Below, in pieces: positions 19,066 through 29,365 of a DNA stretch of 64,000 nucleotides. Both the position numbers and the translations under genes were made by a program. The first letter of the stretch is position 1; the number at the start of each line of letters is the position of its first letter. The DNA is taken from the NCBI GenBank assembly GCA_964579525.1, contig CAZOHW010000001.1:80569-144568 (forward strand), in the 5' to 3' direction. The stretch is from an uncultured Nitrospira sp. (lineage in GTDB: Bacteria; Nitrospirota; Nitrospiria; Nitrospirales; Nitrospiraceae). The notes beneath the pieces are model-generated. The model was given only the letters and a program-made list of their open reading frames with translations. It had not been told where the DNA came from and did no database searches.

Positions 19066-20661
19066 GTGATTATGCCATCAGCCCTCATCGATCAATTTCG
19101 CAAAGCCTTGCAAGCCAGTGTTCCCCTCGTAGCCATCACCACCCCCGATCCTGCCATGACGATCGCAAGTCTTCTGACGGTTCGGCCGGCAGAAATCCAG
19201 GATGAACCATATGGCGTCCTCCAGTGGGACGTCATCGACGGCCTGACCGTGACCGCGGCTGAAGGACAGCTCGATTCCCCGCCTTCAACCCTCATAAGTA
19301 AAGAGGTCCTGACGAAGCTGCTTCAGGAACAGACTATTGCGTCAGGCATGAAGAATCTCGCGTTTACCCTCACGCATGCCCGAAAACTCCCGCAAAACAC
19401 CATTCTCTTCGTCCACAATGCCCACCGCTTTCTCCATGACACCGCAGTTCTTCAGGCTCTCTGGCATCTCCGCGACCCCTTCAAGAATGAAGGCAAGACC
19501 CTCGTGCTCCTCGCCCCCCACCTGAAGCTGCCGATCGAGCTCAGTCACGACGTCATTGTCTTAGACGATCCCTTACCCAATCGTGAGCAGCTCCGCTCGA
19601 TCATTACGACGCAGTATGACAATGCCAGGCAGGCCAACCACTCCATCCCAACACCAACACACGAGGCGCTCGACCACAGCGTCGATGCCGTCCATGGACT
19701 GTCCTCCTTTGCCGCCGAACAAGCGGTCGCCATGTCCTTTACGGCCAAAGGCATCAATGTCCCGGTACTCTGGGAACACAAGTACCAAGCGATCGAACAC
19801 ACGCCAGGCTTAACGATTTATCGTGGGTCAGAGCAGTTCGAGGATATCGGCGGAGTCGCTCACATTAAGCGATTCCTTCAACAGATCCTCAACGGCCGCG
19901 CCAAACCCGGAGGGGTGGTCTGGATGGACGAGCTGGAAAAAGCAGTTTCCGGAGCGAATAGTACGCATGGAGATAATACCGGTGTCAGTCAAGAACTCCA
20001 TAAACAACTATTGGAGTTTATGCAAAACGAAGACGCGACAGGGATCATCATGGTCGGCGCTCCTGGGACCAGCAAGAGCATGGTCTCCAAAGCTGCCGGA
20101 AAAGCCGCCGGCATCCCAACCATCCAATTCGACCTCGGAGCCGTCAAAAGTTCCAATGTCGGTGCCTCCGAGCACAACATGCGCCAAGCACTCAACGTGA
20201 TCGGGACCATCACCAATCACGCTCCGCTGTTCTTAGCCACCTGTAACAGTCTCCAGGCTCTTTCACCGGAACTTCGGCGCCGGTTCCGTCTCGGGACGTT
20301 TATTTTCCCACTCCCTACTCGAGAAGAACGCCAAGCGATATGGACGATCTATCAACGTAAATACCAACTTACCGATCCACCTGGGAAACTGCTCGAGGAG
20401 CGCTGGACGGGAGCGGAAATTCGTCAATGCTGCGATATCGCCTGGCGCCTGAACATTACGCTGGACGAAGCCGCGCAGTATATCGTCCCCGTCGCCGTCA
20501 GTGCCAAAGACAGCATCACGGATCTCTATGGAAAAGCCCACCAAGCCTTCCTCTGTGCCAGCTACCCTGGGCTCTTTGATAAAGACCGCCTGGATGAGAC
20601 CAAACCTCAAGGGTCCGGCCGGAAGATGCGCGTTGTAGCCGATCATCACGGGGAAGCATAA
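19066..20661 (+). CDS. Ycf46-like AAA+ ATPase with internally permuted ATPase core
   Basis: Ycf46-type N-domain (VHNAHRFL, LPIELSHD..LPNREQL); FEDIGG; WMDELEK comes before GAPGTSKS; ATCN; PELRRRF. Confidence 0.85.
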   Translation: MIMPSALIDQFRKALQASVPLVAITTPDPAMTIASLLTVRPAEIQDEPYGVLQWDVIDGLTVTAAEGQLDSPPSTLISKEVLTKLLQEQTIASGMKNLAFTLTHARKLPQNTILFVHNAHRFLHDTAVLQALWHLRDPFKNEGKTLVLLAPHLKLPIELSHDVIVLDDPLPNREQLRSIITTQYDNARQANHSIPTPTHEALDHSVDAVHGLSSFAAEQAVAMSFTAKGINVPVLWEHKYQAIEHTPGLTIYRGSEQFEDIGGVAHIKRFLQQILNGRAKPGGVVWMDELEKAVSGANSTHGDNTGVSQELHKQLLEFMQNEDATGIIMVGAPGTSKSMVSKAAGKAAGIPTIQFDLGAVKSSNVGASEHNMRQALNVIGTITNHAPLFLATCNSLQALSPELRRRFRLGTFIFPLPTREERQAIWTIYQRKYQLTDPPGKLLEERWTGAEIRQCCDIAWRLNITLDEAAQYIVPVAVSAKDSITDLYGKAHQAFLCASYPGLFDKDRLDETKPQGSGRKMRVVADHHGEA

Positions 20662-20706
20662 CCACGGTTCACAGGAATCTGTCCTTAGTAGATAAAGGAG
20701 ACCACC

Positions 20707-21627
20707 ATGACCACCATCGCCCCACCGCAAGACATGACGCGCGAACAGTTATTCTCCAAAGCCGCCTGCCTGACCCTCTCCATTCACCGTGTAGGTTTTT
20801 CACGAAAAACCAAGGTCGCCATTCGATCCAAAGCCGATCAGAAGCTCGTCAAACGGACCAAATGGATCATCGACTGCCCGGAATATCGCGCCATTCTCCG
20901 TCTCGATGCGAAAGCCAAACGCGATTGCGAACAATTCAAGCTACCGGCAAACGTCGGCCGTGGCATGATGCTCGTGGCAGCCGATGATTTGATGGAAGTG
21001 TACAAAGTTCTCGATGAGTATCAGATGCAAAGGCTGGTCTTAATCGACCGGTTCTGTGAAGTCTATCCAGATCAGAAGATCAAAGCGTCAGAACGGCTCA
21101 AAGACCTGTACGTCGAAACCGAATATCCCACGCTCGCCGAAGTCCGGGACAAATTTCACGTCGATATCCAATTCCTCACGTTCGATCTGCCCGGATTCCT
21201 CCAAAACGTCAACCGAACCTTGGCGGATCGGGAACGCGAGAAAATGACGGAGACCTTCAAAGGCTACGGTGAAGAAATCCGGACCGGCCTGCGCGAGATG
21301 CTCCAAGGCCTCGTCAACCATCTCCTAGAGGCGCTTAATCCATCAGAACCCGGCCGACCAAAGACCCTACGCGCCACGGCCCTGAAGAACCTCACGGAGT
21401 TTGTCACCTCCTTCGATCGGCGCAACGTCACCAACGATGACGAGCTCAACAAACTGGTCACCCAGCTACATACCACCCTCGACGGACTCACTCCGAGTGG
21501 GTTACGAAAAGACGTCCAATTTCAAGACATCGTCCGTACCAGTCTCCAGTCCGTCAAACATCAATTGGCCGAGATCGTCGTCCCACGGGGCACCCGACGC
21601 ATCCTGACCAGCCAAGAGGACCTATAA
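20707..21627 (+). CDS. DUF3150-like helical protein
   Basis: LTLSIH..SRK, KWII.CPEY..I, GMMLV and EYP..EVRDKF pattern; AAGGAG RBS. Confidence 0.55.
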   Translation: MTTIAPPQDMTREQLFSKAACLTLSIHRVGFSRKTKVAIRSKADQKLVKRTKWIIDCPEYRAILRLDAKAKRDCEQFKLPANVGRGMMLVAADDLMEVYKVLDEYQMQRLVLIDRFCEVYPDQKIKASERLKDLYVETEYPTLAEVRDKFHVDIQFLTFDLPGFLQNVNRTLADREREKMTETFKGYGEEIRTGLREMLQGLVNHLLEALNPSEPGRPKTLRATALKNLTEFVTSFDRRNVTNDDELNKLVTQLHTTLDGLTPSGLRKDVQFQDIVRTSLQSVKHQLAEIVVPRGTRRILTSQEDL

Positions 21628-21685
21628 TTCACCAAATCCTCCTCAAAACCTCACCCTGCGACCGTAATATCTTGATAGGGGGCGT

Positions 21686-22210
21686 ATGATCTATCACAGA
21701 ACCATGCCCCAACCTATGACGTACCATGTTGCAACAACCGCCACCACTCGTGGTGGCAAAATTGGCAAGCCGGAGGACGCACTCCGCTATCTTCGCCTGT
21801 CGAAAATCCAGCTTCAACCGGGCGATACGCTACTCATCTGTCTGGATTCCCGAAATGTCCCCATTGGACATCAGTTTTTTGCCTATCATCCGATCCAGAC
21901 GGATGGGCCTCTGCCCCAAGAAATCTTTCGACACGCCATGGACCGCCATGCCTCCAGAGTCCTCCTACTCTGCTCTCATCCGCTCATTCCGCACGGGCCA
22001 TTTATGCCAACGGAGGCCATGCTCAACCACGCCGCCAAATGTTCACTCGCCGGGAAACTCTTAGACGTCCAAGTCGTCGACTATCTCGTCATGAACGCCT
22101 CCGTCCTCGAGTCACTCCTGATGGATTTTCATGATCGTCTCTGCCGATTAGCGCTCCGCTACTCCCAACAACACGCAAACCCGCTCTTTACACCCTTATG
22201 CCCAAACTAG
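21686..22210 (+). CDS. RadC-like JAB-domain protein, degenerate
   Basis: CLDSRN.PI, EIFRHAM..ASRVLLLCSHP and GKLLDVQVVDYLV; HNHPSG and S..D motifs altered. Confidence 0.7.
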   Translation: MIYHRTMPQPMTYHVATTATTRGGKIGKPEDALRYLRLSKIQLQPGDTLLICLDSRNVPIGHQFFAYHPIQTDGPLPQEIFRHAMDRHASRVLLLCSHPLIPHGPFMPTEAMLNHAAKCSLAGKLLDVQVVDYLVMNASVLESLLMDFHDRLCRLALRYSQQHANPLFTPLCPN

Positions 22211-23253
22211 ATCCCGACCTGTTGGCTCGGGCGCGGCGTGTCGATCTCATCAGTTATCTGCATGCCGCCGGCCACCAGCCGGTTTATGCCAAACACACCA
22301 AAGCGCTCTTTCACTCGCCGGTACGGGAGGACCGTAATCCCTCCTTTACCATCTCCTTTACCGATGGCGCCTGGAAATGGATCGATTGGGCACGAGGCAC
22401 CCATGGCGATAGCATCGATCTCGTGATGACCATGTTCTCGATCGATTTTCAAACCGCGGTGAGAAGACTCCTCGATCTTCCCATCAGCCAGGACGTCCCC
22501 GCTCGAGACGAAAGCCGACACCAATACACTCCGCGCGAAGTCCAGCGGCTCTATTATCGGTGGCGCAGTGAGATGACCCCAGAACACGACTTCTTAATCC
22601 GACAGTACTTTCTTTCTCGACGGCTGGCTTTTCCTGAAGAATTAGGCTTGGTGTACCTTGAAGTGACCGTCAATCGAGAGGGGATGGTGCTCCCCTATGT
22701 CGGAATTCCCGCCCCATCGGCACAACCCCGACATCTCACGACCCTCGAATGCCGCGCACTCAATGACACAGAATGCCCGAAGCAGTTTCGCCGTCGAACA
22801 TTCGGCGATAAAGCGCTCTGGGTCATTCGAAGACCGACACCGGCCTTATTGGTCACCGAAAGTATTCTAGACTGTCTTGCCGGCAACCAATTACTCAGCC
22901 ATCGCCCTTCCCTCTGTGCGCTCAACACCATTAACAACATCGACCGGCTTTTAGAATGCGTCCAACAACTACGGCCGAAAACGGTCTATCTTGCGCTCGA
23001 CAACGATCCGGATAAGGCATTGCCTACATCCCCAGCGGCTTCACCGCAAACAGCCAAGCCCGGTCAAACGGCACAGCGCAAAGCCTGTGATCTGTTGCTC
23101 CAAGCGGGATACCGCGTCGTAGAAGTCCAACACCATGTACACGCCGAAGTAAAAGACCTGCATAAATTATTACTCAAGGATCCGACTCCAATCACATTCG
23201 AACAGGTTGAACGTCTGGGTATCATCTACACCCCGTCGACGCCACTCCCCTAA
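22198..23253 (+). CDS. DNA primase-like protein (CHC2-type N-domain plus Toprim)
   Basis: HSPVREDRNPSF..W.DW..GDSIDLV; VTESILD; YLALDND; KDL. Confidence 0.8.
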   Translation: MPKLDPDLLARARRVDLISYLHAAGHQPVYAKHTKALFHSPVREDRNPSFTISFTDGAWKWIDWARGTHGDSIDLVMTMFSIDFQTAVRRLLDLPISQDVPARDESRHQYTPREVQRLYYRWRSEMTPEHDFLIRQYFLSRRLAFPEELGLVYLEVTVNREGMVLPYVGIPAPSAQPRHLTTLECRALNDTECPKQFRRRTFGDKALWVIRRPTPALLVTESILDCLAGNQLLSHRPSLCALNTINNIDRLLECVQQLRPKTVYLALDNDPDKALPTSPAASPQTAKPGQTAQRKACDLLLQAGYRVVEVQHHVHAEVKDLHKLLLKDPTPITFEQVERLGIIYTPSTPLP

Positions 23254-23289
23254 CTCCCTACTCAGCCTTACCAGACCCATGGAGGATGT

Positions 23290-25422
23290 GTGTCCACCAC
23301 CCTGACGCCGGTGACGATTCCGCTCGCGCAATTTCTCGATTCCTTTTCGGATGCGCTGTGCACCACGACCGCGAATCAACTCACCCCACAGTTCAGCCCC
23401 GCAGTATTAGAAGAGGCCCTTCCAACCTTGCGACAATTCGGTGAGCCACTGCTACCTGCCCAAGCCAATGTCGCCGCAGCCTTGGCCTACGCCTTCCGCA
23501 ACCAACCAAGCGCCATTTGTTCGGCCGAAATGAGCACGGGTAAAACCCGAATCAGTACGGCCGTCGCGGCGCTCCTGAAATCCAAACGGACCCTCGTCTT
23601 CTCACCACCCCATCTCGTTGGGAAGTGGAAAGAAGAAATTGAAACCCTCCTTCCAGGTGTCCAGGCCACGATTCTCCGTAGCATCACAGACGTCATCCAA
23701 TTTGCGTCACTCCCCACGAAAAGCCCCTGGCCGCTGTTCGGCATTCTGAGCCGCGAGCGGTCCAAGCTGAGCTTTGCCAAACGCCCCGCGCTCATCCCCA
23801 AAGCCGTCAGACTCAATCAGGAAACGTATACCCACTATCATTGTCCTCAATGTGGAACGCGCGTCGATAATAAGGATGGCATTCCTCAAACACCACGAAG
23901 CCTCAAGCCCGGCGCCAAATGCAACAGCTGCCACACGCCGCTCTGGACCTATGATCCCTCCGGACCACGTCGGGTCGCCCTCGCGGATTACATCGGAAAA
24001 AAACATCCGCGCCTGTTCGATCTCCTCCTGGTCGATGAGGTCCAAGAAGAAAAAGGGCTCGGAAGCGCACAAGGTTTAGCCTTCGCCTTGTTAGTGCAAA
24101 AGTGCCGACGTGCTCTCGCCCTCACCGGCACCCTAACCTCGGGAAAAGCCACGTCTATCTTCCACATCCTCTGGCGGATGAATCCCGCACTCAAAGCCAG
24201 CTTCAAGCACACCGACGAGCCCCGGTGGGTCGACCTCATGGGGACATGGGAAACGAGGACCACGATGGAGGATGTCCATCAGGTCCTCGTAGTCGGTAAA
24301 GAGTCAAAACGCCGTGTCCATGTGTCCCTTCGCGAACGTCCGGGCATTTCCCCGCACATTATTCCGCACCTGGTGTCCCAAACGGCTTTTTTACAACTCC
24401 GGGACCTGGGGATATCCCTGCCACCCTATCGAGAACACATCCACGAATCCCAACTCGACTCGCTCCTGACCAAGAACTACACACGGCTCACCGAAGCCGC
24501 ACGACGATTCATCCCGATCGGGCGCCGCACCAAAGATGGCCATTTGGTCAGCAGTTTCATCCAAGCCCTCTTGGCCTACCCAGATCGTGCCGCTCAAGGT
24601 GAACTCATTACGGACCACAATGGCGCCATCTGTTTCCAATTAGATCCGGTCCCCGAATCTGTGATCCTCCCCAAAGAGCAAGCGCTGATTGAGTACATCC
24701 TCCGCGAACGGTCCAGAGGACGTCGGGTTCTGATCTACTGTACCCATACCCAAACCAAAGATATCACCGGCCGACTCCATCGGCTGTTGAGCAACGCCGG
24801 CATTCGTAGCTTAGTCATGACCGCAAAAGTGCGTCCAGAACGCCGCATGAAATGGATCACGGATCGCACCAAGGAAGGACTCGACAGCCTTATCTGCAAC
24901 CCCAAGTTGGTCTCGACGGGACTCGACCTAATCGATTATGCCTCCATCGCTTGGATGGAAGTCGATTATTCGACCTATCTCGTACGACAAGCCTCCCGTC
25001 GTTCCTGGCGAATCAAACAAAAAGAGCCAGTCGACGTCGGCTTCTTCCTTTATAAAGGAACCGTCCAGGAACACGCCTGGGCCTTGGTGGCCGCCGGCAT
25101 CAACGCCGCCCTCCAAACAGAAGGCGATTTACTCTCTGAGGGCCTCAATCTATACCAACAACCTGACGATATGATGACCCAGCTCATCAAGCATGTGCTC
25201 GATCGCAACGCCTCTGTGTTGAGCGCCGAATCGATGTTCGCCAAACTCGCCATCCAATATGAACAAGACCAGAAGAGCCTCGCACCAGAGGCCCAAACAC
25301 TATCAACCCCATCAATTTATGATGTCGCACCACGCGATATTCCAATCCTCACTCCCCGACCCAATCGACACAGTGCCCGGCTCCGCGATGCCAATACACA
25401 ACTCAACCTCTTTGCGGCCTAA
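23290..25422 (+). CDS. SF2 (SNF2/DEAD-like) helicase of ICE/plasmid type
   Basis: EMSTGKT, CPQC..CNSC zinc insert, VDEVQE, LTGT, VSTGLDL, QASRRSWR; ends QLNLFAA. Confidence 0.85.
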   Translation: MSTTLTPVTIPLAQFLDSFSDALCTTTANQLTPQFSPAVLEEALPTLRQFGEPLLPAQANVAAALAYAFRNQPSAICSAEMSTGKTRISTAVAALLKSKRTLVFSPPHLVGKWKEEIETLLPGVQATILRSITDVIQFASLPTKSPWPLFGILSRERSKLSFAKRPALIPKAVRLNQETYTHYHCPQCGTRVDNKDGIPQTPRSLKPGAKCNSCHTPLWTYDPSGPRRVALADYIGKKHPRLFDLLLVDEVQEEKGLGSAQGLAFALLVQKCRRALALTGTLTSGKATSIFHILWRMNPALKASFKHTDEPRWVDLMGTWETRTTMEDVHQVLVVGKESKRRVHVSLRERPGISPHIIPHLVSQTAFLQLRDLGISLPPYREHIHESQLDSLLTKNYTRLTEAARRFIPIGRRTKDGHLVSSFIQALLAYPDRAAQGELITDHNGAICFQLDPVPESVILPKEQALIEYILRERSRGRRVLIYCTHTQTKDITGRLHRLLSNAGIRSLVMTAKVRPERRMKWITDRTKEGLDSLICNPKLVSTGLDLIDYASIAWMEVDYSTYLVRQASRRSWRIKQKEPVDVGFFLYKGTVQEHAWALVAAGINAALQTEGDLLSEGLNLYQQPDDMMTQLIKHVLDRNASVLSAESMFAKLAIQYEQDQKSLAPEAQTLSTPSIYDVAPRDIPILTPRPNRHSARLRDANTQLNLFAA

Positions 25423-25425
25423 CCC

Positions 25426-25989
25426 ATGACTACCAACACATTAGTGATGATCCACAGTGAGCACTACGAGGCCATTGTCGAATCGTATGTCCTCATACCG
25501 GAATCTCACGAAGTATGCATGTTGTCGATTACCGGCCAACCTGACGCCATTAAAGCTCTCCGCGCGTCCCTCAGTATGGGGCTGAAGATCACGATGTCCC
25601 CAAACAACATCGTCATTGATTGGCCAAAACAGCCTGACACCATCTTCACTTTTCTGCAAAAACGGTTGCCCTCAGGAGCACAGGCAGCCTTATGGCTCCC
25701 CCAACGCGGCACCTCCATCGGCATTCAACACGATACCAGCGCCTATATCATCGACCGGCATTATCAAGGGGCCGGTCCGCCCGCACAATTTATCCGGATC
25801 CTTGATCGGGTACTCCCATGTCCACTGCTCGAAGACTGGGCTGATCCCCTATGGACCACGGCTCTTCAACAGAAGTGGGTGCTACCCCTCGAGAGCTACA
25901 ATTGCTCAGCCTGGGCGTTCGAGCCCATGACCACTCCCATTATCGCCTGGGTCCAACACCACCTGACACGCCATCAGCCGACAGCCTAG
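25426..25989 (+). CDS. Hypothetical protein between the helicase and the methyltransferase
   Basis: 3-bp gap after the helicase; LPCPLLEDWADPLW motif. Confidence 0.6.
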   Translation: MTTNTLVMIHSEHYEAIVESYVLIPESHEVCMLSITGQPDAIKALRASLSMGLKITMSPNNIVIDWPKQPDTIFTFLQKRLPSGAQAALWLPQRGTSIGIQHDTSAYIIDRHYQGAGPPAQFIRILDRVLPCPLLEDWADPLWTTALQQKWVLPLESYNCSAWAFEPMTTPIIAWVQHHLTRHQPTA

Positions 25990-26044
25990 CCGCTCGCCGA
26001 GCCACGACTGCACAAACTAACTGTCCAACCAGAAAGGACCGACC

Positions 26045-27106
26045 ATGCACGTTGCCGGCAGAGCACGAGCTGGATTCTTTCCCACCCCGCCCACCGTTCT
26101 CAGCAGGATCCGCCGTTTCATTGAAAACGACAGCGGACAACTGGGACGAATGCTCGACCCCTGCGCCGGAAACGGCATCCCACTGGGATTCTTGGCAAAG
26201 GAATGGAAGCTCGATGCGTTCGCCATCGAGCTCGATCGACAACGAGCCCAGCAATGCACCACGCAGGTGACGAAAACATTACGATCCGACGCCCACTGTT
26301 GCGAGGTCTCGCGGGAAGCTTTTTCGGCCCTCTTCCTGAACCCCCCATACGATTACGCGGGTCAAGGGGAACGGACTGAGCTGCTCTGGCTCAAACGATG
26401 GACCCCCATGCTCCAGCCCGGAGGTCTGCTCATCTACATCATCCCGGAACACCAGTACACCGAGCAGGTCTTGTATTACCTCAGCTCCTATTACCGGGAT
26501 GTCACTCTCTACCGATTCCCGAAAGATGAGTACCGGGAATTTAAACAGACCGTCTTCATCGGCAAACGTGTACGCACGGCCAACCCATCCGAAACCGTCA
26601 GGAGACAACTATGGAAAATGCTCAGGGAACAGAGTTTGCCAACCCTGCCAGACGAAGCGATCACCACACCGTACACGATCCCCCTACCCAGCCTCCGTGG
26701 AGAGATCGTCTTTCGGACTAGTTGGTTAGATCCACTCGATATGTACCGCGAAGCGCATGAACAGGGTCTCTGGCAGGATGCCCACGTCCGCGATCTGCTC
26801 ACGTTCCCAATCCAACACACGGTCAAACCGTTGCTTCCCCTCCGCAAGGGCCATTTAACCAGGTTAATCTCGGCAGGGCTCTACAACAACATGACCATTG
26901 AACAAAACGGTCAGCGCTGGCTCATCAAAGGACGCGCGCGCAAAATCACAAGAGAACTCCCACCCCTGGTTGAAGTCATCGACACAAAGGACGGACCAGA
27001 GGAACGCTGCCAATTTCGTACGATCGAGAGCTATGTACCAGAACTCCGAGCGGTCGATCTCACGCCGGGTCCAACGTACGGCCGGTACATCGTAATCGAA
27101 TGCTAA
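26045..27106 (+). CDS. DUF6094-like DNA adenine methyltransferase
   Basis: GFFPTP, LDPCAGNG, IELD and LFLNPPY motifs; AAGGA RBS. Confidence 0.85.
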   Translation: MHVAGRARAGFFPTPPTVLSRIRRFIENDSGQLGRMLDPCAGNGIPLGFLAKEWKLDAFAIELDRQRAQQCTTQVTKTLRSDAHCCEVSREAFSALFLNPPYDYAGQGERTELLWLKRWTPMLQPGGLLIYIIPEHQYTEQVLYYLSSYYRDVTLYRFPKDEYREFKQTVFIGKRVRTANPSETVRRQLWKMLREQSLPTLPDEAITTPYTIPLPSLRGEIVFRTSWLDPLDMYREAHEQGLWQDAHVRDLLTFPIQHTVKPLLPLRKGHLTRLISAGLYNNMTIEQNGQRWLIKGRARKITRELPPLVEVIDTKDGPEERCQFRTIESYVPELRAVDLTPGPTYGRYIVIEC

Positions 27107-27153
27107 GCCCCTCAACACGAAAGAGTCCTATTCCACACCAGTAAGGAGTAAAC

Positions 27154-28296
27154 ATGAAACTTGAATTTCCACGCGCCGCCCTCCTTCAAACTCTCAAATT
27201 TATCCATAGCGTGATCCATCGAGAACCCAGCATGCCAGTTCTCAAAATGATCAAAGTGTCAGTCGGGCCCACCGGGACACATTTCGCCGCCACAGATCTG
27301 GAACTCGGTCTCCAGCGCACCCTCCCACTCCACTCCCTCACCAGTGCCACTTTCCTAATCCCAAGCGAACCGATCCACGATTTTATCCGTGAACTCCCCA
27401 GTGAGACGGTAACATGGACCATCGACGATCAACATCACATCACGGTGACCGGGGGCAAAGCCAAAGGCAAATTCAATGGCATGGGTGCCGACGATTATCC
27501 CGCACTGCCCCCCATCCCTGAACCCTTTATTTTCAGCCTGCCCGCGTCAGACCTCGCCCAACTGCTTGGTGAAACACTTCCCGCTGTCGGAGACAACGAC
27601 GCACGATTTATATTGAACGCACTGAAACTCACCATCTTCCAAGCGCCGGCAGCCACACTCCGGACCGTCGGCACGGACGGCCACCGTCTTGTCGTCAGTG
27701 AGCAGCCTACAGGCACCTGGCTCACCCCTGCTCACGACACCCGAGATCTCCTCATCCCCAAAAAGGCCGGCAAAATCATTCGGCAACTCTTGAACGACAA
27801 AGACCTGCCTCCGATCGCCATCGGACTCAACCACACCCTGGCCGGCTTCAAAATCAGCGACTATCTAGTCACGACCAGAATCATCGACGGATCCTATCCC
27901 AACTATCAGGCGGTCATTCCCAAAGCGACCTCCCCGCGCCTCACGATCAACAAAGCCCTATTTGAAGACTCTCTTCGCCGGGTCTCGGTCATCGGACCTC
28001 AAGGCACCAAACCAATTCGGCTCACCGTCGGGGCCCAATCCCTCACACTTCATGCAGCCGACAGCCATACCGGAGAAGCCACTGAAACCCTCGACACCAC
28101 CACAGGGTCTGATCCTTTCACCACAGGCTTCAATAGCCGGTACCTGCTGGAAGCGCTCGAAACGATGCCTGGGGACCAATGTCAGATATTCATGGAATCA
28201 CCGCTCGCCCCCTGTTTGCTCACGGCTCCTGGCCTATCCAGACCGTTTAAACACATCGTCATGCCCATCTCGACTCAAGAGGTAAGCACATCCTAA
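27154..28296 (+). CDS. dnaN: DNA polymerase III beta sliding clamp (element-encoded)
   Basis: ATDLE, YPALP, GTDGHRL, IPKK, IDGSYPNYQAVIP, GFNSRYL and VMPI motifs; TAAGGAG RBS. Confidence 0.95.
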   Translation: MKLEFPRAALLQTLKFIHSVIHREPSMPVLKMIKVSVGPTGTHFAATDLELGLQRTLPLHSLTSATFLIPSEPIHDFIRELPSETVTWTIDDQHHITVTGGKAKGKFNGMGADDYPALPPIPEPFIFSLPASDLAQLLGETLPAVGDNDARFILNALKLTIFQAPAATLRTVGTDGHRLVVSEQPTGTWLTPAHDTRDLLIPKKAGKIIRQLLNDKDLPPIAIGLNHTLAGFKISDYLVTTRIIDGSYPNYQAVIPKATSPRLTINKALFEDSLRRVSVIGPQGTKPIRLTVGAQSLTLHAADSHTGEATETLDTTTGSDPFTTGFNSRYLLEALETMPGDQCQIFMESPLAPCLLTAPGLSRPFKHIVMPISTQEVSTS

Positions 28297-28522
28297 AGAC
28301 AGACAATTTCTCATGAATACGCCATTCAGAGAGACCTCATCATCCACCCCAGCATTGCCAAGCCCGTGAGAGGGAAGCCTAGTCCGTAATAGCCTTAGAC
28401 GATGGCTAGGAAGGAAGACCGCAACATCCAAAAGACCATTCACAGACGTAAAGTGTCTTTGAAGTCACAATAGGAAACTTGCTATCGTACGTAGACACAC
28501 GGAGGCGTCGAGAGACTGATCA

Positions 28523-28801
28523 ATGAAACGATCGAGTCTGAGTGTGGGACAAGCGATTTTCTGGATTTCTCGCGTCACTCGAACTGGAGAAGCACGCGAT
28601 CGAGTGCCGGGCTATGTGATCAACTTAACCCCCAAGCGTATTTCCATTGTCGTCAAACAAACAGACGGCACCGACTCTTTACGACACGTCACCGCAAAAC
28701 GACTGATACCCAGCACATTAGCCCCTATACCCGTCTCAAAGCTGCGCAAGACCATGTCGAACCGCATACTTCGTGATATCCGCCACCGTCACGAGATGTA
28801 A
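28523..28801 (+). CDS. Small basic protein, possibly SH3/KOW-like
   Basis: LSVGQAIFW..VPGYVINLTPKRISIVV; GGAGG upstream. Confidence 0.4.
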   Translation: MKRSSLSVGQAIFWISRVTRTGEARDRVPGYVINLTPKRISIVVKQTDGTDSLRHVTAKRLIPSTLAPIPVSKLRKTMSNRILRDIRHRHEM

Positions 28802-29365
28802 CTCGCGACTAAGCACCTCGCGATGGAAACGGACACCTCGAACTGAAATCGCCAACTCATGAGCGATTTCCTTGTGTGACTTGCCTTCTGCGACCAGCTG
28901 AATCACCTCACGTTCACGCGATGTCGGCAGCCGATCGCCTATCACTCGTTTTCCACCATGAACAATCACATCATAACAAAGCTGAGGACTGATATAGGTG
29001 CCTCCTGAAAGCACTTTCTCCACGGCCTCTTCGAATTGACTCATCTCGCTCTCTTTACTCACATACCCCTTCGCCCCCGCACACAGGGCTTCCGTGATCC
29101 GCGCGGGATCTTCATGCATCGACATCACAATACAGTGAATCTTAGGCGACACCTCCAGTACTTGCATGATGGCATCGATACCATTCAGTTTTGGCATACT
29201 GACATCCACAACCAGGAGATCCAACGCGAGTCCAGTACGCACGGCGCGGACTAAGTCCCGACCATTCCCTACAGTCAGACACACTTCATGTCCTTTCGCT
29301 TCTAAAACACGCCGCTGTCCTTCCATAATAATTTCATGATTGTCACAAAGAGCTACCCGCGCCAT
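28736..29365 (-). CDS. NarL/FixJ-family response regulator
   Basis: REC domain (VVDVSMP, GYVSK) plus LuxR HTH (REREVIQLVAEGKSHKEIA). Confidence 0.92.
   Translation of the reverse strand: MARVALCDNHEIIMEGQRRVLEAKGHEVCLTVGNGRDLVRAVRTGLALDLLVVDVSMPKLNGIDAIMQVLEVSPKIHCIVMSMHEDPARITEALCAGAKGYVSKESEMSQFEEAVEKVLSGGTYISPQLCYDVIVHGGKRVIGDRLPTSREREVIQLVAEGKSHKEIAHELAISVRGVRFHREVLSRELHLVTVADITKYAVRHGLAQL

Noticed and set aside
26045-27106. Restriction-modification system
   Set aside because: No cognate endonuclease recognised; the helicase-hypothetical-MTase block is typical of ICE/plasmid backbones
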